Source: an uncultured Methanosarcinales archaeon (GTDB taxonomy: Archaea > Nanobdellota > Nanobdellia > Woesearchaeales > CAYSVS01). From it: 44,971 nucleotides of DNA. The notes under the pieces are model-generated. The model did not search any database, had not been told where the DNA came from, and was given only the letters and a program-made list of their open reading frames with translations. The stretch's first letter is position 1; each line of letters opens with the position of its first letter. The DNA lies in contig CAYSVS010000005.1 in assembly GCA_964434475.1 (NCBI GenBank), forward strand, positions 1 through 44,971. Reading direction: 5' to 3'. A program made the translations under genes and the position numbers. Of this stretch, positions 29,401 through 37,519 are shown in pieces.

Positions 29401-30621
29401 ATGCTTAAATGCAGCATGTATAAAGATATAGTCGGAGAAAAGGTAATACAAAAGATAGAAGATGAAGTTCAGCCTTTGATAGGCAAACATATAATCCATG
29501 TCAATTCTACTTATTACGGCGGCGGAGTCGCTGAAATGCTTAATAGCTTAGTTCCTTTGATGAACAATATAGGCATAAACACAGGCTGGAGATTACTTAA
29601 AGGCAATCCTGACTTCTTTACTATAACCAAAAAATTCCATAATTCACTGCAGGGAGAAAAGATACATATGACCAACATAAAGAAAAAAATATATGAACAG
29701 GTCAATGAAAGCAATTCTTTTTTCTCGCACATAGGACATCATGACTGTATAATTGTCCATGATCCACAACCCCTGCCTTTAATAAATTATTACAGAAAAA
29801 ACCAGCCATGGATATGGCGTGTGCATATAGATCTTTCAAAACCAAACGTACAGACATGGAACTATCTCAAGAATTTCGTCAAAAAATATGATAGAATAAT
29901 AGTTTCAAAAAAGACATTCAAAAGAAAGATAGATGTTCCTCAGTCTATAATATATCCTTCCATAGATCCTTTGAACCACAAGAATGAAGATTTAAGCGAC
30001 AGGAGGATACAAAAAACATTGCAAAAGTTCGGGATAGAACAAGATAAGCCTATAATGTGTCAGATTTCAAGATTTGATAAATGGAAAGATCCTTTAGGCG
30101 TAATAAGAACATTCAAGCTTGTAAGAAAAAAATTCAACTGTAAGCTTGTATTATTAGGCAGCAGTGCAACCGACGATCCAGAAGGCCAGATAGTATATGA
30201 TCAAGTAATGAAAGCAGTAAAAGATGAAAAAGACATACATGTAATAAACTATACTAACAATCACCTGGTAAATTCATTACAAAGAGCATCAGATGTTATA
30301 GTCCAAAAATCACTAAGAGAAGGATTCGGATTGACTGTAACAGAAGCGCTTTGGAAGTCTACGCCAGTAGTAGCAAGCAACGTAGGAGGCATACATCTGC
30401 AGATAAAGAACGGGTATAACGGCTATCTTGTGGATTCTGTCAAATCATGTGCAAAAGCTGTTGAAAAAGTTTTGAAAAACCCTAAAAAAGCTAAAGTGAT
30501 GGGAAAAAGAGGAAAAGAATATATAAGAGAAAATTTCTTAGTGACAAGACATTTAAGAGATTATATCAAACTGATGAAAGATCAAATCATACATTATAAA
30601 ACAAACAAGGTGAAAAGATGA
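29401..30621 (+). CDS. treT: Trehalose synthase TreT (GT4 glycosyltransferase)
   Basis: HVNSTYYGGGVAEML, HDPQP, WRVHID, SRFDKWKDPLG, QKSLREGFGLTVTEALWK. Confidence 0.9.
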   Translation: MLKCSMYKDIVGEKVIQKIEDEVQPLIGKHIIHVNSTYYGGGVAEMLNSLVPLMNNIGINTGWRLLKGNPDFFTITKKFHNSLQGEKIHMTNIKKKIYEQVNESNSFFSHIGHHDCIIVHDPQPLPLINYYRKNQPWIWRVHIDLSKPNVQTWNYLKNFVKKYDRIIVSKKTFKRKIDVPQSIIYPSIDPLNHKNEDLSDRRIQKTLQKFGIEQDKPIMCQISRFDKWKDPLGVIRTFKLVRKKFNCKLVLLGSSATDDPEGQIVYDQVMKAVKDEKDIHVINYTNNHLVNSLQRASDVIVQKSLREGFGLTVTEALWKSTPVVASNVGGIHLQIKNGYNGYLVDSVKSCAKAVEKVLKNPKKAKVMGKRGKEYIRENFLVTRHLRDYIKLMKDQIIHYKTNKVKR

Positions 30622-31685
30622 ACTTAGATCAATTCAACAAATTTTTGATGATTAGTCTAGGAGGTAATATTGTAAAGGATTACTTCATAGCATTAGGTAT
30701 TTTTATTGCTCTTTTGATCACATTGAAAATCTTCAAGGTATACGTCATACATGCATTGAAGAAAACTGCAAAAAAAACAAAGACAAAAGCAGATGATGTT
30801 TTTATCAGATTCCTGAATAAGATATCATGGTGGTTCTATGTTATAATATCAGTATATTTTAGTGCAAAATATCTTGTTTTACCAAACATAGTAAGCAAAA
30901 CATTAGATGTATTACTCCTTGTAGGATTAATATATTACTTTGTCAAAGGCTTGACCAAAGTAGTGGATTATTTCGCAAACAAAGAGATATCAAAAAGGCA
31001 CGAAGAAGAAAAGTTCGAGGGCACTTCTATGATTAAAACCTTAGTAACTATGATAAAAGCAGTGATATGGATAATAGCATTTCTGATGATCCTCAGTAAT
31101 ATAGGAATCAATATAACTTCATTGGTAGCAGGATTAGGAGTTGGAGGTATAGCGATTGCTTTCGCTTTGCAAAATATACTACAGGACATCTTCAGCTCTT
31201 TTACAATATATTTTGACAAACCCTTCAAACCAGGTGATTTTATAATAATAGGACAAGACATGGGAATTGTTGAAAATATAGGAATTAAGACGACAAGAAT
31301 AAAAACCCTGCAAGGACAGGAATTGATCGTTTCAAACAGGGAATTGACAAATACCAGAATAAACAATTACAAAAGAATGGAAAAAAGAAGGATTGTTTTT
31401 GATATTGGGGTTGAATACGAAACAACATCACAACAGTTAAGAAATGGAAAAAAAAGGATACAGGAAATCTTCAAAAAAATAGATTTAGTTGATCTTGATA
31501 GGGTGCACTTTAAAAAATTTGCTGACTTCAGTCTGGTTTATGAAATAGTATATTACTTGAACAGCAGCGATTACACTACATATATGGACAAACAAGAGGA
31601 AATCAACTTTAAGATAAAAGATGCTTTTGAAGAAGAGGGCATAGTTATGGCATTCCCTACACAGACAATACATCTGGTGAAATAA
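30618..31685 (+). CDS. mscS: Small-conductance mechanosensitive channel
   Basis: LVAGLGVGGIAIAFALQNIL.D, DKPFKPGDFI, IGIKTTRI; ATGA overlap with treT. Confidence 0.95.
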   Translation: MNLDQFNKFLMISLGGNIVKDYFIALGIFIALLITLKIFKVYVIHALKKTAKKTKTKADDVFIRFLNKISWWFYVIISVYFSAKYLVLPNIVSKTLDVLLLVGLIYYFVKGLTKVVDYFANKEISKRHEEEKFEGTSMIKTLVTMIKAVIWIIAFLMILSNIGINITSLVAGLGVGGIAIAFALQNILQDIFSSFTIYFDKPFKPGDFIIIGQDMGIVENIGIKTTRIKTLQGQELIVSNRELTNTRINNYKRMEKRRIVFDIGVEYETTSQQLRNGKKRIQEIFKKIDLVDLDRVHFKKFADFSLVYEIVYYLNSSDYTTYMDKQEEINFKIKDAFEEEGIVMAFPTQTIHLVK

Positions 31686-32077
31686 TGGATAAAGATTTAG
31701 AACAAATCACGTCAAAAAGTGAAGAACAAGAAACTAACATAGATAATAGTCAAAACATCGAAGACATAAAATCTCTATTAAAAACTCTAAAAAAAGGAGA
31801 TATAATAGAATATGAACGAAGAAATTATCATTTTGACTGGAAATCTATAATGGGACTTCAAAAGCACTATTTCAAAACAGGATATTTTTTGGATTCTTCT
31901 TACTTGCACGGAAAATATGAAACATTCGATAATAAAGATAAAAAAGAAGATAAAGGTGAATATCTAAAAGGGCATATAGAGATTGCAAACATAAAATACA
32001 ATGAAGAAAGCATAGAATCATATAGTAAAATAGAAAAAATAGATATAAGAAATATAATAAGAATTCAAAAACTTTAA
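31685..32077 (+). CDS. Hypothetical protein
   Basis: 130 aa; TAATG overlap with mscS. Confidence 0.65.
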   Translation: MDKDLEQITSKSEEQETNIDNSQNIEDIKSLLKTLKKGDIIEYERRNYHFDWKSIMGLQKHYFKTGYFLDSSYLHGKYETFDNKDKKEDKGEYLKGHIEIANIKYNEESIESYSKIEKIDIRNIIRIQKL

Positions 32078-32081
32078 TTTC

Positions 32082-32561
32082 TTATTTCTTAAAATAACCG
32101 AAAACAATAGAGCCCAATTCAATTATCGATTTATTCTCCAATTTCTTAGCATCAAAACTTTCCATATTCATGCCATTATACTTGACCTCTAGCTTATCAG
32201 AGAAACAATTCCTTAGTTCAGTATGTCCTTTCATATAATTATGATGTATTACAACATGAGAAAAATAATTTCCCATCTGGTATCCGAACTCTTTTCTGAA
32301 ATCCCCTAAACAATCAACATATTTGTCTGCACCATTAAATAAGTCAGATATTATATCAACATCTGGGATAAATATTTTATTTTGAGAAGGTATGTTCCTA
32401 AAAGGAGCATTAAAATCCCAAAAACCAATTGTGATTACCCTATTATCGTCTAATTTATAGGAAGGTTTCATCAAACAATGATCAAATACAAGATAATCTC
32501 CTTTCTGCATATCTGCAAAGTTCGCTTCAAGCTTCTTAATCATATTTTCAAGATAATCCAT
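32082..32561 (-). CDS. Hypothetical protein
   Basis: 159-aa ATG ORF; tttataaa box about 23 nt upstream. Confidence 0.7.
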   Translation of the reverse strand: MDYLENMIKKLEANFADMQKGDYLVFDHCLMKPSYKLDDNRVITIGFWDFNAPFRNIPSQNKIFIPDVDIISDLFNGADKYVDCLGDFRKEFGYQMGNYFSHVVIHHNYMKGHTELRNCFSDKLEVKYNGMNMESFDAKKLENKSIIELGSIVFGYFKK

Positions 32562-32629
32562 AAATCAAAGAATTTAGTGATAGTTTATAAATTTTTATTG
32601 AACTCAAGAACACAAATAGCATAAGATAA

Positions 32630-32824
32630 GAAAAATTTGTATTTTGATTGTTAGTCCTGTTGAACAAAGTTCAACATGCCACAAATATAAGATTTGTCAG
32701 CATATCCCTATCCTAAAGTTAGGAGTATTACGGACTCACTATTAAGACCAATTTTTAGGATTAAAACTATCGCACTAAAGTGCAGGATATTAGACCTCCA
32801 TTCAAATCTCTGCGAGATTTTCAA
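32630..32824. repeat. Structured multi-hairpin intergenic repeat, copy 2 (long form)
   Basis: Colinear with 33871-34065 over about 195 bp. Confidence 0.9.
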
Positions 32825-32897
32825 CAAGAATAAACAAACAATAATAAAGTAAGAAAAAAGAAACCAAATATAGTCCCTCAAAAATAATATGATTAAA

Positions 32898-33788
32898 TTA
32901 CTTAACCTCGATACTCGCGCCTATGTACGCAGGCATCATAGCTGAAGTATATCTATAAATTCCTGATTCATTGAACGTCATGTTATATGTCATTCCTGTC
33001 TCCAATCTAGGAGTTCTGAAATAATTATACGGCTGTCTGCAATAAAGCATATGATTAGCTCTTCCTAGGTTTTCCCATACAACTGTTTCACCTTTAGTTA
33101 TTACCAAATCATTAGGCGTAACTGTTCCGCCGTTTATAGTGACAGTATGGTGCTGCGGCTTAAGTATATCTTTTGCAGTCAATCCTTCGTATTCATCAGA
33201 AGAGTTTGAATCAGTCTCATTTTCCTCAACTTCTGTTTCACTAACAATAGGCCAGATAGGAGATAATTCTGTTCTTTTTTTAATTACAATATCATCTATG
33301 ATACCACTTCCATCTAAATTGGTATCAAGTGAATAATTGTCTCCATCTATCACTTTTATATCAAATACAAAAGATGTTATCTCGTGTGGTTTAATATTGA
33401 AATCTTTTTCCAGAACCATAACATCATAAGATACATCAACAGCTTCTCCTTTTTTATAAGCTTTAATATCATCTATAATTAACTCTAACTTGGTATAATT
33501 TTTAGTATCCAAAGCTGTCTGAAATACACTATATGCATTATTACCATTAAGCTTAACCATCTCTATAGCATCATTTGTCAAAGAAAGCTCAAGTATGTTT
33601 TCATCCTTATATATCTTCATCTTATCCAATTTCAAAGCTATACTATCAAATCCTTCAACATTATCTGAGGATATCAAAAGTTCAAAAGTTCCTTTTGAAG
33701 AAACTTCTACAGAATCTTCTGTTGTAGAATCACTACTACATCCAAAAATAAACAACATAAAGACCAATCCAATAAATATCCTTTTCAT
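32898..33788 (-). CDS. Putative lipoprotein: DUF4382-like domain plus degenerate C-terminal cupredoxin fold
   Basis: LFIFGC lipobox-like signal; GTFELLISSD...SFVFDI; PNDLVITKGETVVWEN...YNMTFNESGIYRY; likely ATG at 33788 after GGAGG. Confidence 0.7.
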   Translation of the reverse strand: MKRIFIGLVFMLFIFGCSSDSTTEDSVEVSSKGTFELLISSDNVEGFDSIALKLDKMKIYKDENILELSLTNDAIEMVKLNGNNAYSVFQTALDTKNYTKLELIIDDIKAYKKGEAVDVSYDVMVLEKDFNIKPHEITSFVFDIKVIDGDNYSLDTNLDGSGIIDDIVIKKRTELSPIWPIVSETEVEENETDSNSSDEYEGLTAKDILKPQHHTVTINGGTVTPNDLVITKGETVVWENLGRANHMLYCRQPYNYFRTPRLETGMTYNMTFNESGIYRYTSAMMPAYIGASIEVK

Positions 33789-33870
33789 AAACATCCCTCC
33801 CATAATAAAGGTAAATCAATATAATATTTAAAAATGTTTCGTAATATTGGCAACTAAGTAAATCTTATAA

Positions 33871-34065
33871 CAAAAATTTGTCTCTTGATTACTCGTCCTG
33901 TTGAACAAAGTTCAATATGCCACAAATCTGCGATTTGTCAGCATATCCCAAACCTAAAAGCAAGGGTATTACGGATTCACTATTGAGACAAATTTGTGGG
34001 ATTGAAAATCTCGCACTAAAGTGCGGAATATTAGACCCCTATTCAAATCTCTGTGAAATTTTCAA
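33871..34065. repeat. Structured multi-hairpin intergenic repeat, copy 3 (long form)
   Basis: Stems aaatttgtctc/gagacaaattt, gtcc/ggat, ttgaac/gttcaa, acaaatc/gatttgt, cgcact/agtgcg, ttgaaaat/attttcaa. Confidence 0.9.
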
Positions 34066-34345
34066 TAAAGATATCAAAATAAGCAGGACATATAAATACT
34101 CTCAAAATATTTTAAAGGATATAAAAACAATAATAAGTAAGAAAATAGCAAATATAAACTAAAAAGAATTTAATAAAATCCTATCTACAAATAAATAAGA
34201 AGTAAAAATAGCTACAAGAAAATTTAATGAACATAGCAAGAAAATTTGATAAAAAATATATTATTATCGCTATAAATCAAGTCTTTTTGTTCTATCACAG
34301 ATAATTATATAAATGAGTTGTCATATATTAACATTAGGTGTTTAG

Positions 34346-35176
34346 ATGGAACAGGATCATATTTTTGACATTGTATTGAAACAGGATGAGGTGACTTGGC
34401 AGAGTCTAATATATGATCTTATCAAGACAAACCAGATTGATCCATGGGATGTTAATGTCTCCTTGCTTTCACAAAAATACATTGAGATGCTAAAAAAACT
34501 AAAAGAGATGGATTTTCATGTCTCAGGAAAAGTTGTTCTTGCAGCTGCTATACTTCTTAAGATAAAATCTTCCAGGCTGATTACAGAAGACATAAATGCA
34601 TTGGACAGTCTTTTTGCTCAGACAAAGGAAAGTGAAGAAGACGGTTTTGAGGATTATGATGATATAGAACAATTAGAACAGCAGGCAAAACAGAAGCCGC
34701 CTGAAGAATATAAACTTATTCCTCGTACACCGCAGCCAAGAAGAAGAAAAGTTACTGTATATGATCTTATGGAAGCTCTGCAAAAAGCCATGGAAGTTAA
34801 AAAAAGAAGAGTATATAGGAAAATGCCTGATGATATCGAACTCAATATCCCTAAAAAAAATATAGATATCACACAAATAATAAGAGACATTTTCGGAAAA
34901 GTTAAACTTCATTTCCATAATAAAAAAAAGCCAGTCACATTTTCTCAATTAACTCCTGGAGAGACTAAAGAAGACAAGGTATACACATTCATCCCTTTGC
35001 TTCATCTTTCTAATTCCAGAAAGATTGATCTGCATCAGCCAAAGCATTTTGAAGAGATTTTCGTATATATGGGCGGCAAAGGCCCAAAAATTGAATATGA
35101 TCCTGAAAAAGAAGCAGCATTCAAGACTAGGAAAAAAAAGAAAACAGACAAAAAGAATACAAAAAAAAGAAAATAA
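34346..35176 (+). CDS. scpA: Segregation/condensation protein A (kleisin)
   Basis: IDPWDVNVS.L, SGKVVLAAAILLKIKS, RKVTVYDLMEAL, FIPLLHL; AGGTG SD. Confidence 0.9.
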   Translation: MEQDHIFDIVLKQDEVTWQSLIYDLIKTNQIDPWDVNVSLLSQKYIEMLKKLKEMDFHVSGKVVLAAAILLKIKSSRLITEDINALDSLFAQTKESEEDGFEDYDDIEQLEQQAKQKPPEEYKLIPRTPQPRRRKVTVYDLMEALQKAMEVKKRRVYRKMPDDIELNIPKKNIDITQIIRDIFGKVKLHFHNKKKPVTFSQLTPGETKEDKVYTFIPLLHLSNSRKIDLHQPKHFEEIFVYMGGKGPKIEYDPEKEAAFKTRKKKKTDKKNTKKRK

Positions 35177-35474
35177 AAACACTCCTCTTGCAAGATTTGC
35201 TGAATACACAACATTATTCAATTATAAAAAGAAATTTTTAAGTTGTAAATGTAAACAATTTGTGACCACCAGTTAATACAAGAAAAAATATTAAAATATT
35301 TTTTGTGTCCTAAAAATTTCTGATTCTTATGATACTGAGTATTAAAAATATAAACAGTTACAATTACAGACTGAAAAAATTGTAAAGCAACAAGGTAAAT
35401 GCCCTGTTTGTAATCAATAAGTATAGAATCCGCAATCACAACAAATATAAATCATTTCTTAAAACCTATCCTAA

Positions 35475-36233
35475 GTGATACAAAGAAAATTTTCATTTAT
35501 CCCAAGAATAGGCGAAGATACAGAAAAAAAGCTGGCTAGACTAGGTATTACTAACTGGGATCATTTTCTAGAAAACAAAAAAATTTCAGGATTCTCTGAT
35601 CAGAATAAGGCTTACTGCGATGAATTTATAGAGAAAGCAAGAAAAAATCTACTGGTAAAGAACCATCTTTTTTTCCAGAATTATCTTAAAGAAAGAGAGC
35701 ATTGGCTGTTGTATGATCATTTCAAACTGCATACTGCATTCCTTGATATAGAGACAACAGGCCTAAGCAGAGAAAGAAACAGGATGACAACATTAAGCAT
35801 ATGGGACGGCAAAAAAACAGAGACGTTCATAAACGGAATAAACATGGACCATGATACTTTAGCGAAAGAATTTGACAAATACAAGATGTTCGTAACATTC
35901 AACGGCACTACATTTGATATTCCTTTCATAAAAGCAAAGTTTCCTGAGCTCTGCATTGACAAACTTCACATAGACCTAAGATGGCTTGGTTATAAGATAG
36001 GATTAAGAGGCGGACTTAAGAGGATAGAAAAAGATATTGGAATAAACAGAGAAGGAGAAGTTGCCGACATAAACGGGCTTATGGCAGTAAGGCTTTGGAA
36101 AAGATGGGAAAAGCATGGAGACAAAAATGCCCTTGATCTACTGGTTAAGTATAATCAAGAGGATGTAATAAATCTAGAAAAACTTGCTGATATGATGACA
36201 AAAAGGCTTTCTAACAACAACTTTTATAAATAA
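35475..36233 (+). CDS. DnaQ/RNase H-like exonuclease (RNase_H_2, COG3359) with N-terminal HhH-like motif
   Basis: IPRIGE; FLDIETTG, TFNGTTFDIPF, HIDL, GGLKRIE, YNQEDV. Confidence 0.88.
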   Translation: MIQRKFSFIPRIGEDTEKKLARLGITNWDHFLENKKISGFSDQNKAYCDEFIEKARKNLLVKNHLFFQNYLKEREHWLLYDHFKLHTAFLDIETTGLSRERNRMTTLSIWDGKKTETFINGINMDHDTLAKEFDKYKMFVTFNGTTFDIPFIKAKFPELCIDKLHIDLRWLGYKIGLRGGLKRIEKDIGINREGEVADINGLMAVRLWKRWEKHGDKNALDLLVKYNQEDVINLEKLADMMTKRLSNNNFYK

Positions 36234-36252
36234 TATATGAAATCAATCCTAT

Positions 36253-36918
36253 ATGCACGTTTATAGGACTGATTTCAACGGAAATCCTAATGTAGGATTG
36301 TATGTATTTGCTTCAGACAAATATTGTCTAATAGGCAAGGAAGTTTCAGATAAACATATCAAACAGATAGAGACTGCGTTAAAGGTACCTGTACATAAGA
36401 TAACCATAGCAGGCACTTCCTTATTAGGTGTGTTTTTGGCAGGCAACAGCGATTGTCTATTAATCCCAGAAATAGTTTTTGAGGAAGAGATCAAAGCAAT
36501 AGAAAATTTAGGCATAAAATATAAGATTATCAACACAAATCTCACTGCGCTGGGCAACAACATATTGTGCAACGATAAAGGAGCATTAGTCAATCCTGAA
36601 TTCAAGGATAAAGATATTAAACAGATAAAAGAAGCATTAGATGTAAACGTAAAACAAGGTACTATAGCAGGATTGGATACAACAGGATCATTAGCTGTGA
36701 TAAACGATAAAGGCTGCCTTGTACATAATGAGATAAAAGAATCAGAAATAAAAATAATCGAAAAACTTCTGGAGATAAAGATATCAAAAAGCACTATAAA
36801 TCTTGGCAATCCATATATTGGTTCAGGATTAGCCGCTAATACAAAAGGATTCATAGTTGGAAAACTAAGCGGAGGACCTGAATTGGTCAACATAGAAGAA
36901 AACTTAGGATTTTTATGA
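36253..36918 (+). CDS. eif6: Translation initiation factor 6 (aIF6)
   Basis: GNPNVGLY, TIAGTSLLG, ALGNNILCNDKGAL, GSGLAAN.KG. Confidence 0.95.
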   Translation: MHVYRTDFNGNPNVGLYVFASDKYCLIGKEVSDKHIKQIETALKVPVHKITIAGTSLLGVFLAGNSDCLLIPEIVFEEEIKAIENLGIKYKIINTNLTALGNNILCNDKGALVNPEFKDKDIKQIKEALDVNVKQGTIAGLDTTGSLAVINDKGCLVHNEIKESEIKIIEKLLEIKISKSTINLGNPYIGSGLAANTKGFIVGKLSGGPELVNIEENLGFL

Positions 36919-36929
36919 GGTGTGAAAAA

Positions 36930-37103
36930 ATGAGATTCAATGAAAAAGAGATTAAACTTTTGAAACAATTGGTAAAGAATGAGCTTAAGGAATTCGAAAA
37001 AGAAGGAGATACTATAAGACCTACTATTCCGATGCTGGAAGCTGAAGAAATATACGAGGATTTTCTTAAGAAGTTGCTTAAAAAGATAGAGGGGAAAGAC
37101 TGA
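36930..37103 (+). CDS. Small helical hypothetical protein (57 aa) between eif6 and pfdA
   Basis: GAGGTG SD before ATG 36930; TGATG overlap with pfdA. Confidence 0.7.
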   Translation: MRFNEKEIKLLKQLVKNELKEFEKEGDTIRPTIPMLEAEEIYEDFLKKLLKKIEGKD

Positions 37104-37513
37104 TGGATAAAAAACAACAAGAACTACAAGAAAATTACATGAAATTCCAGACATTGCAAAACCAAAGGAACAAGAGCATACAGCAGATCAAAGCGCTTGA
37201 AGAACAGATAACAGAACTAGGATTAGTAAGAAAAGGATTGGACGATATAGAAGATACAAAAACAGACACAGAGATGCTTGTACCTATAAGCTCAGGCATA
37301 TTCCTTAAAGCAAAACTTATTGAAGCTGAAGAACTTGTTATCAACGTAGGAAGCAATGTCGCTGTCACAAAAAAAATGCCTGATGCAAAAAAATTACTGG
37401 ACGAGCAATCCGATAAGATGAACAAGGTATATCAGCAGCTAATAACAGACATAACAAATATGGAGATGCAGATAAATACTTTACAAAAAAAGGTTGAAGA
37501 ACTTTCAAGGTAA
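37103..37513 (+). CDS. pfdA: Prefoldin subunit alpha
   Basis: Coiled coils flanking EMLVPISSGIFLKAKL...VINVGSNVAV; canonical position before ftsY. Confidence 0.92.
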   Translation: MDKKQQELQENYMKFQTLQNQRNKSIQQIKALEEQITELGLVRKGLDDIEDTKTDTEMLVPISSGIFLKAKLIEAEELVINVGSNVAVTKKMPDAKKLLDEQSDKMNKVYQQLITDITNMEMQINTLQKKVEELSR

Positions 37514-37519
37514 TCAAAA

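Noticed and set aside
1851-34065. CRISPR array, tRNA or known ribozyme interpretation of the hairpin repeats
   Set aside because: No regular repeat-spacer period, no tRNA T-loop/D-loop consensus or arm sizes, and no hammerhead CUGAUGA/GAAA core seen
33917-34162. 81-aa ORF starting inside repeat copy 3
   Set aside because: The equivalent frame stops after four codons in copy 2 (atgccacaaatataa) and is not preserved in copy 1, so it is probably incidental
35218-35439. 73-aa minus-strand ORF
   Set aside because: No SD, promoter or motif support; the plus-strand remnant explains the region at least as well
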